DNA of 64,000 bases from Octopus sinensis (taxonomy: Eukaryota): NCBI RefSeq assembly GCF_006345805.1, contig NC_043001.1, positions 46,872,001 through 46,936,000 of the forward strand, read 5' to 3'. How positions within the stretch are numbered: the first letter of the stretch is position 1; each line of letters begins with the position of its first letter. The notes beneath the pieces are model-generated. The model was given only the letters and a program-made list of their open reading frames with translations, was not told the origin of the DNA and ran no database searches. The position numbers and the translations under genes are program-made. Below, piece after piece: positions 26,003 to 35,764 of the stretch.

Positions 26003-26700
26003 AGAGAATTGGCAAAGCTTGGCTTTCAGGTGAGCTGGGCAAAGACGAAGCTGATGCATGTTGGACATGGCTTGGACCTTCCCCCTCTCAATATTGGCCC
26101 TGATGTCTTAGAGTTTGTCTGCTCCTTCATCTACCTGACCTCCACAGTCACCAACAATGGACACCTGACCCTGGAGACAACCACAGATGTGGTCTGGCTA
26201 CCAGGTTCATGTACTCCTTATGGAAGCCCCTTTGATGCCACTGCTCTGTCTCATGGAAGATGAAGCTCCACATCTACAACACATCGACCCTCTCCATTCT
26301 CTTCTATGGAGCAGAAACATGACCTTTCTCAAAGACCCTGGCAAAGAGGATCAATGGCTTTGATTGCAGAATCCTGAGAACCATTGAGAACATTATATAG
26401 TACCTTTGTGTTTCCAACAAAGAACTTTGTCTTCTAGATCATTCTAGCAGAGCTTTACTCTCGTTCGATGCAACAGCTGCAGGCTGGAAGATGCTTCATG
26501 GCAGACCCCACACCAAATGGCCAGATATGATTGGGAAAGATCTCCAGAGGCTCATTGTCACCATGGATGATGCAGATGGGCTAGCATGGGACTGCCAGCA
26601 ATGGAGAGCACTGGTGGACTTGGTTGGCTCTATACATGATGATGTTTCTGGGACCACTAACCTGAAATGACCCCAGCCTCATCAAGCAAGAGTATGAAGT
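26003..26700 (+). mobile_element. RTE-clade LINE, 5'-truncated reverse-transcriptase C-terminal fragment
   Basis: AKLGFQVSWAKTKLM...FIYL...; KLHIYNTSTLSILFYGAET; RINGFDCRILRTI. Contains frameshifts and stops. Confidence 0.75.
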
Positions 26701-26917
26701 GAAGTAAAGATTTTCTATAGCCAGATGTCCTTCTTGTCTTCAATACTTACCTGTTTCCAAGGAAAATATTTCCCAATGGCCAGACACATTTTGACTGATG
26801 ATTGGAAACAAAGAAGACCACTGGTAAGACAATGACTCCCGCTAAGAGCTATCATGTGATGGTATGGTAAGGAGACAGTCACGTATGCATGCACGCGCGC
26901 ACACAAACACATATATT

Positions 26918-27290
26918 CTTTTATTTGTTTCAGTCATTTGACTGCGGCCATGCTGGAACACCACCTTGGTCCAGGACTCATTTCTTAACCCTAGTACTTA
27001 TTCTATCAGTTTCTGTTGCTGAACCACTAAGTTATGGGGATATAAACACACCAACACCTGTTGTAAAGCAGTGATGGGGAGGACAAATACAAAGACACAC
27101 ACACACAGATATATACATATATATATATATATATATATGATGGGCTTCTTTCAATTTCTTTCTACCAAAACCACTCAAGTAGAAGACTAGAGTAGAAGTT
27201 ACATACCCAAAGTGCTAAGCAGTGAGACTGAACCTCAAACCATGTGGTTGGGAAGCAATCATCTTACTACTCAGCCACACCTGTGCCTAT
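26918..27290 (-). mobile_element. SINE family A copy with internal (CA)/(TA) microsatellite
   Basis: Collinear with the other family A copies. Confidence 0.75.
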
Positions 27291-27734
27291 TAATAATCTC
27301 TCCCTTTTACAACAACAGTGTATTCAACACATTCAGCATGTTGGCACATGACATTTTGGGACACTGGTGTTTCAATATGTGTTTTATCAGCTTGAAACAG
27401 CTAGAATCTTGAGCCTACATAAAGCCCCTGGCTTTGTTTAAACTTTCAGTGAACAAATTTTCTGATTGATTCTTATATTTGTCAACCAATGAAAAAAATT
27501 GTTATTTTTACAGTATACAGCAAGATCTAAACATGCCTAAGCAGATTCAGATGCAAAATATGCTAGTCACTGCAGTGTATGTCATAGGAGAATAAATTCT
27601 CCCTTTAATATATTTCTATATGTACACACACACACACTTTATTTGTGGGTTAACAAGGCAACCAATGATTTCATATGAAGAAATTTCCACAATTGTTCAA
27701 GCGTGCCACATGGGAGGAATTTGATATTCTTGTG

Positions 27735-27770
<36 letters not shown>

Positions 27771-28981
27771 TATTGTTCGATTATAGGTAGGATCAATAAA
27801 TAAAGTACCCCATCCAGTGAGAAATAAATATCATTTAAACACTGTGTGCATTAAATGATATATATACATATACAAGCTTCTTTTAGCTTCCCTCAGCCAA
27901 ATTTCCTCGCAAGACTTTGGTTGACCTAGTGCTACAGTAGAAAACAAAGTGCCACACAGTAGACTTGAACTTAGCACACAGAGATAACAAGATGCTTGTT
28001 ACTCTTACAGTGCCCCATGTGTACAATGCTAAGTTCAATCTCACTGCATTTTATTTACATCCGGGTGGAGTAGACCAGGGAGAAATAGTTAAAAGTTAGT
28101 TTGGTCATCATTACCAAAGCATATCACCATCTGTACAATATGTGAACTGTCAATCTCTTCAGTCCCTTAACTAATGAATAATCACAGTCAAATGACTGAA
28201 ACCAGTAAAAACATAAAAGAAAGGGCAATGTCCCTTATTGTAGTATAATATGGGTAAATCAGGCCTATCACCATTTTTAGCTTTATCCACAGCATTGTTG
28301 ATCAATAAAAATAGCTGCAACCTAATAAACAATTGACTACCACTGACCAGAACTATTCTGGTTATTGTTAGCATTACTATAAAATTAGTCTCAAGTCAAC
28401 CCTCATTGAGCTGACCTGTGATCAAAGATGCTTTAGCTGTGACCATCCATTCTTTTTCGTATATAAGGAACTACTCTATTATAGGGTGCAATTTGAGTAA
28501 GAGTTGATTTATTTCTAACAAGTCAACCAACTGCATGGAAATTACAACCAGTGATTTGTTCCTATTTTGTGGCTATCTATTTACAGTTAATTAGACTGGG
28601 TTATTTGAAAGTTAAGTATTTCAGTCAGCAACACAATGCAGTACCAGTGAGAGTATAAACTTCTGACCCCTTGATTTGTCCAGGACCTTATTCAGTCAGC
28701 CATATGTTCTCTCCTGAATTTTTCATTCTCTGTTTGGTTGATTGTAATCCTTCTTACTCTGTTTTAACTTGTTTAAATTTCTTCCAGATTTTGATTAATT
28801 ATGGTTGCTGTTGTTTGAGAGCAACCATAATCACATGATGTAGTTAACCAAATGAAGCACTTGATATCTTTTTTCTTCTATGGCCACCCTCCCTTTAGAA
28901 TTCAAAGACTTAAAACATGATTCTCCATTTGAAAGTTGGTTATAAGAATTTGTTGGTCAGTTAAGAACATATCTATGTATG

Positions 28982-28991
28982 CACACACACA

Positions 28992-29046
<55 letters not shown>
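28982..29046. repeat. (CA)n microsatellite abutting the left TIR of the 29045-29882 element
   Basis: Direct reading. Confidence 0.92.
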
Positions 29047-29047
<1 letters not shown>

Positions 29048-29882
29048 TGTTTGGGCTAAATATAATTCTTTATGTTTCCTTTTTTCGGGAACAGCTTGAT
29101 GTATTGGTAAACAGTCAATGGAAGTGGAGAGCATGAAGATTGAGCTTGTAGCTGGGAAAAAGGTAGCTGACAAGAAGAACCGGGAGTTATTTGAATATTG
29201 GAAAAGAGTTACCTGTATCATGATGATTCATGTCAGGTGGCTGCTGCTCAAAGCTCTGTGAACACTGTAAAGGCTGTAAGATGGGACATGGACATCATGA
29301 AAACCAAGTTTCCCCAAACTGTGATGGTCTTTGTATGTGTCTCCACTGAGGCTAGTATTGCTGCCCCACATCATTAAACAGAGCCTTTGGCTAAATTCTG
29401 ATGGCTATGTGGAACTGCTAGAGATAGTGGTCAAATTCTGGCTTGAGAGGGTTGCTCTTGGAAGGCCATTTATGTGCTGGCAGGATTTGGCCCCTTGCCA
29501 TAGCTCTGGATAAGTTAGAAATAGTTATTGGAGAATTTCTATGACTTCAGCAGCCCCAATTCCTAGCCTCCTAATTCCCCTGATTGTAATTCCATGTTTT
29601 ACTATGTGTGGGGCATAGTTGAGAAAGAAAATAACTACTCTACCTGCAACACAAAGACTGAACTGAAGGCCAAGATCTTGCCAAGGACACAGTAAGGATT
29701 GCATGCTACAGGTTCTGGATGCATCTTGAGGCCTTGGTGGATGCTGAGTGCAGCTATTTTGAGTAAACTATTGTCACCCAGTTGATATCTTTCGATTTTT
29801 TAAAATACCTTTATTTTTGGATGGGATATTGTGTTTTATTTTACATTTTATGCAAACTGTCAAATTTAGCCCATACACACTG
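29045..29882 (+). mobile_element. Decayed Tc1/mariner-superfamily element (maT/DD37D-like)
   Basis: TIR cagtgtttgggctaaat / atttagcccatacacactg+TA. Remnants MKTKFPQTVMVFVCVS, NSDGYVELLEIVVKFWL, QDLAPCH and PPNSPDCNS..YVWG. The subfamily call is inference. Confidence 0.75.
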
Positions 29883-30372
29883 TACATATGTATATCATAA
29901 CCATCATTTTAATGCCCACTTTTTCATACTTGCATCAGTTGCACAGTTGTTGAAGCAGAGTTTTCTCAGTCAGATGCTCCTCCTGTCACCAAATTCAAAT
30001 GTTTACAAGAAAGATATTTCTTCTTGACCTTCAAACAGTGAACAGTTCAATGGCTGGCCAACAATCATTCAATGATGATTGTAAAAATAAAAAATACTCT
30101 TTTTGTGTAACAGTGATTTTTGTGTTTACAATTAGTGCACACTTATCAAGACAATGGAAGCACAACATACACACACGTATATATTATTCTTTTACAAGAA
30201 TAGTCTAGCAGTTTAGTCTGCTTAGCTTTCATTGAACTGTCCAATGTAGGTTAAACAAGCTGAAACTTTGAAGTTAATGTCAACACTATTCTTGTAAATG
30301 GGTACTCTACAAAAATTATTGAATAATCTTTCTGTCTAATGTAACTCAAATAAAAACAAGCATTAATATATA

Positions 30373-30680
30373 TCATCATCATCATCATCATCGTTTAACG
30401 TCCGTTTTCCATGCTAGCATGGGTTGGGTGGTTCCACTGGGGTCTGGGAAGCCAGGAGGCTGCACCAGGCTCCAGTCTGATCTGGCAGTGTTTCTACAGC
30501 TGGATGCCCTTCCTAACACCAACCACTCAGTGAGTGTAGTGGGTGCTTTTTACGTGCCACCAGCACAGGGGCCAGAGGAGGCTGGCAAACGGCCACGATT
30601 GGTTGGTGCTTTTACATGTCACTGACACGGACGCCAGTCAGGTGGCGCTGGCATTTAACGTGTCACCGGCATGATTTAAC
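30373..30680 (-). mobile_element. SINE family B copy
   Basis: catcatcatcgtttaacgtccgttttccatgctagcatggg..., the reverse complement of the family B 3' end. Confidence 0.82.
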
Positions 30681-30986
30681 ATGTCATATATATATATATA
30701 TATATGTACATACATATGGAATAAACATAAAGGATCACCCTGTTATTGAACACAGACATCAACTCAAAGAATACTGGTAGAACATTCCCATTAGAACGTC
30801 TGTCAAGTGTAAGCATAACATGCCGAATATTGTTGTTTGGGACAGACAAGAAAAAGTATGTACTGTCATAAAGGAAATAGTAAATATTGCAATATTGTGT
30901 GTTCTAATACAGCATCCACTTTTTAGTGGTGATAAAGTTTAACTTTTGGTATTTATACTGCTTCTGTTGCTTTGATTATACATACA

Positions 30987-31955
30987 TCATCATCATCATC
31001 ATCATTTAACATCTGTTGCCATGCCAGCACGGGTTAGACAGTTCGACCAGGCTGGCATGCTGGAAGGCTGCACCAGACTCCAGTCTGATTTGGCAGGGTG
31101 TTCTATGACTGGATGCCCTTCCTAATGCCAACCACTTTGAGAGTGTAATGAGTGTTTTTACGTGTCATTTGCAAGACACTGGTATTTGCCATGACATTGA
31201 TTTTGCTTGGCCTGATGAGTCTTCTTCTCAAGCACGACATAATGTCAAAGGTCTCGGTCATTGCCTCCATGAGGCCCAACATCTGAAAGGAACTCAGCCA
31301 CTTTGCCTTCGTGAGGCCCAATGCTTGAAAGGAACTCAGCCACTTTGTCTCCATGAGGTGTTCTTTACATGCCACCAGCACAGATGCACTTGGCTAGATG
31401 AATCCTACCAAGTACAGCACATTGTCAAAGGTCTTGGTCACTAGTCATTGCCTCTGTGAGACTCAAAGTTCAAAGGTCATGTTTCACCACCATGTTCCAT
31501 GTCTTCCTGGGTTTACCTTTACCACAGGTTCCCTCCACAGTTAGAGATTGGCACTTCTTTACACAGCTGTCCTTATCCATATGTATCACATGACCATAAC
31601 AGCGCAGTCGTCTCTCTTGCACACCATATCTGATGCCTTTTATGCCTAACTTTTCTCCCAAGATGCTTACACTCTGTCAAACATGCACACTGACATTGCA
31701 CATCCAGCGAAGCATACTGGCTTCATTTCTTTCAAGCCTACACATTTCCTTGGCTGTCAGAGCCCATGTTTCACTGCCATGTAGCAAAGCTGTTCGCACA
31801 CAAGCATCAACTCTGAGAGAGAGGCCCTTTGTTGTCAGCAGGGGTAGGAGTGCTCTGAACTTTATCCATCTTAATTTTATTCTCATGACTATGCTCTTGG
31901 AGCATCCACTTCCACTACTAACTTGGTCACCTAGATAATGGAAGCTATCTACTAC
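30987..31955 (-). mobile_element. RTE LINE 3' end (ORF end, 3' UTR and (GAT)n tail)
   Basis: LDVVDSFHYLGDQVSSGSG, ALLHGSETWAL, MLRWMCNV, RRLRCYGHV and GKPRKTW, followed on the - strand by a 3' UTR that matches SINE family B. Confidence 0.88.
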
Positions 31956-31971
31956 ATCTAGCTTGCCCACT

Positions 31972-32008
<37 letters not shown>

Positions 32009-32589
32009 CCACTGCTAAAGCTATTGCTGTTACTAGTACTGTGATCCAGCAACAATCACTAGGAAACAACAATTAGCACTATGTGACTTTAGTTAGAAAA
32101 AATACATGAACTCTTAGAATTTTCAATTTATTTTCCCTTCACTTACAGCATGACCAAATTGTTTTTAAAATGACTGAAACTGGTAGCATGTTTCATAAAA
32201 ATGTAAATTTCTCTTTTTTGTTCATGTTAAAGTTCTCAAAGTATTTTCTTCCTTTTGTTTTTAACACACATACATACACACACAAAACAACAACAAAGTT
32301 GGATGCTTCTCTTTTCCTCTGGGCGTGGTAGATGAGGAGAGACTGAAACATTGTTGAGATGATGCAAGACAAATGCACTGATGCCAGCATGAAAAAACAG
32401 ATGTATGATGATGATGATGATGATGGATGTTTTAAAAGAGAAAATAAAATATATAAACAAGAAATAGTTTAAAAGATTTCATAAAATTTTATTGATATAA
32501 AGGTAATTAGTTAATTTCAATAGAAAATACAGAGCACCAGGCACTATATCTGAAAATAAATTAATGAAACTATAACAAAATAATTATAA

Positions 32590-34465
32590 TCACTTCTTAT
32601 ATGGGCACAAGGCCAAAAATTTAAGCGGGAGGGGGTTAGTTAGTTAATTAAATCAGCCTCAATAAGTGGCTGGTATTTTATTTTATCAACCTGAGATTGA
32701 TGAAAGGCAAAATTGAACCGAGCAGGATTTGAACTTAGAATGTAAAGGAATGAAGTTAAGTACTGCAGAGCATTTTGTTTGTTATTCCATAGGTTTTGCT
32801 ATTCCTCACCTAAATAATAATGAAGAGAATTTTGAAATTTACCATAAGCACAAATTTTAGGGCAAGGCTATAAATGGACCCTAATACTTAACTAGTATTT
32901 CTTGTCTCGACTTGGAACAGAATGAAAAGAGATGAAGCTAAATACTGCAAAGCACTTTGTCCAATACCTTACTGTTTATGCTGACCCATAGCCCATATAA
33001 TGTGGTACTCAGCAGCCTGGGACCTTATTTCTTGCTCTACAATGCTTACCAGGGATAAATAAAACATTGATTAAGTGATTGATATAATAATAAATTTGAT
33101 TTTTATATAAATTATATATGTATTGCACAATTACTATAATTTTTCAACAATTTCTCCAGATTCACTCAAAACCACAACTTTAATAGGGAAGGGGAATAAA
33201 ATTGTATGACATTCATTGTCTTTTTTTTAAGGCAAACATTAACACCAGTTGTATAAATAAAGTTAACTAGCAGAAACTGAGAATCAAAACCAAGTCATAG
33301 ATTCCACTCAGCAAAGGCTGATTACTTGTTCTATTGTACAATGCTTTCTTGTCCTTCTAAATCTTATGAAATTGATTGACTTCAAGATGCAAAGAGCCAA
33401 AAGTTTCTGGTAGGAAGTTTGTAAAATAAAATTAATTGTAGAGAAATCAAAGTCAAAGTAGACTTCAGTAGTGCTTGGGCTAAGATTACAGAAAAGACAA
33501 AGCATAGAAATGAGTAATGAAAGGGCAAAGTCAACCCTGGCAGGATTTGAATTTGAGATATAAGGAGACATAATTAAATACTGCAAAATATTTTGTCCTG
33601 TGTTCTACTGTTACTGCTATCAGACTGATGATAATGATGATGATGATGAAGACAATAATAATGATGATGATGATGATTGATAATAATAATCCTTTTGATC
33701 AAAGGCACAAGGTCTGGGGTTTTTTTAGGGGAAGGGAAGTCAACTACATCGACTCCTGTGCTCAACTGGTACTTATTTTATTAACCCTGAGAGAATGAAA
33801 GTCAAAATCAACCTTGATGGAATTTGAACTCAGAACATAAAGACAGATGTTGCTGCCTTAATAATAATAAAAATCCTTTCTACTACAGGCACAAAGCCTG
33901 AAATTTGAGGGAAAGAGGACTAGTCAATTACATCAAACTCAGTGCTCAAATGGTACTTATTTTATCGACCCTGAAAGGATGAAAAGCAAAGTCAACCTCA
34001 GTGAATTTGAATTCAGAAAGTATATACAGACAAAATGCTGTTAAGCATTTTGTCCAGCATGCTAACAATTTTGCCAGCTTAATAATAATAATAACTGGCT
34101 CAAGAGCACAACTCTTGAAAAGAGCATATCAATTTTGTTGCATCAGCAGTAGGTTATATCAAGCCTGGTCTAATAATTGTTCTTATTCTGATAGCCCCAG
34201 AAGAATGAAAGGTGAAGTTAACCCTAGCAAAATTCAAATTCAGAACACATTTGTAATTTTGTTTAGCCAAGGCCAGCAATTTGAGGGGAGGGGAAGTCAA
34301 TTATATCAACCCCAGTGCTCAACTGGTACTTATTTTATTACCCCTGACAAAATGAAAAGCAAAGTCAATCTCAGTGGTATTTTGAACTCAAAACATAAAG
34401 CTGGAAAAAATACTGCTAAGGATTTTTGTCTGGTATGCTAACAATTCTGACAGCTTGGTGCCTTG

Positions 34466-34518
<53 letters not shown>

Positions 34519-34725
34519 TTCTACTATAGGCACACAGCCTGGATTTTGAGGGGAGGGGGACAGTCGATCACATCGACCTCAGTGCTCAACTGGTAATTAA
34601 TTTATTGACCCTGAAAGGATGAAAGGCAAAGTTGACCTCGGTGGAATTTGAACTTAGAATGTAGCAACAGGCGAAATACCGCTAAGCATTTCGTCCAGCA
34701 TGCTAACAATTCTGTCAGCTTGCCA
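32590..34725 (-). repeat. Head-to-tail array of SINE family C copies
   Basis: Seven clear ATTTGAAC-type heads (about 32728, 33546, 33823, 34005, 34234, 34380, 34646) plus a fragment, all on -, separated by (AAT)n/(GAT)n. Confidence 0.8.
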
Positions 34726-34941
34726 CCTGTATCATAATAATAATAATAATAATAATAGTAATAAGAATAATCATAACAACAACAACATGTTCTTTTTTTA
34801 AACCATTCAACTGTCTTGTAATAGAGTCATTAAAGTTGTGACTTGAACTGGAGACTTTTTTTGAATAAATTGGTAAAAGGGGAAAATTGGTTGGAAAAAA
34901 AAATTTAACCCCAAGCACTCAGTTGTCCACTAATGTTATGC

Positions 34942-34965
34942 TTATATGCTTTCGTAACCATGTCG
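34942..34965 (-). CDS. SCARB2: SCARB/CD36-like terminal micro-exon (RHGYESI*)
   Basis: Strong acceptor tttctttttctgtttcag. Phase 0, 7 codons + TAA. It is the first plausible acceptor-led exon downstream of the TM exon and ends in GYxxI. Confidence 0.72.
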   Translation of the reverse strand, partial: RHGYESI

Positions 34966-35256
34966 CTGAAACAGAAAAAGAAATGTTTAGAAACCATTTT
35001 GTCATCAATTAATTTAAAAACAGAAAAATAAAGAAAAAAAATCATTTGTTACATTCAACAATTTTGTAGAGGAAAGGATGAGGTGGTGACAAATAGTGAG
35101 GAACTTGACATTTCTATGCTGCTACTAGAACCTAATAATATTAATAATCCTTTCTTTTATTGGTCACATGGGCAGCCCATATATACAAGATGTTTCATAC
35201 AAACAGTTAAAGAATAAGTGGGGAATGTACATGTATACACACAGAACACCCCCCCC

Positions 35257-35306
<50 letters not shown>

Positions 35307-35682
35307 AGAGTTTACAAAAAAAACAAAAGACGAAGATAGGTGGTGTACAAAACAAATAGATGTATAAGTATAATGCTCAGGAATAGAAAAAGTCGTTTAC
35401 ATTTCGAGCCTACGCTCTTCTACAGAAAGGGACACAGAAAAAAAAAAGGAGAGAAACAAAGAGAGAAAAAAGGAGAAACGAGGAGAGAAAAGTCGAGATC
35501 TATCAGTCGCCATGATAGATCGTTAGCGTGCAAATCAATATCTGGTTCTTGACCTTTATTTTATTTTATTGACTTTATAAAGAAGAAAGTTAGCATAGAC
35601 TCTAAGAGGGATTTTAAAATCAATATAATAATATTAATAATAAAAACTATTCCTTTGTTTTGTTTTTTGCTTTTTCATAATG

Positions 35683-35764
<82 letters not shown>

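Noticed and set aside
31212-31260. CTGATGA as another hammerhead core
   Set aside because: No stem II or GAAA follows; it is part of the RTE 3' end on the opposite strand.
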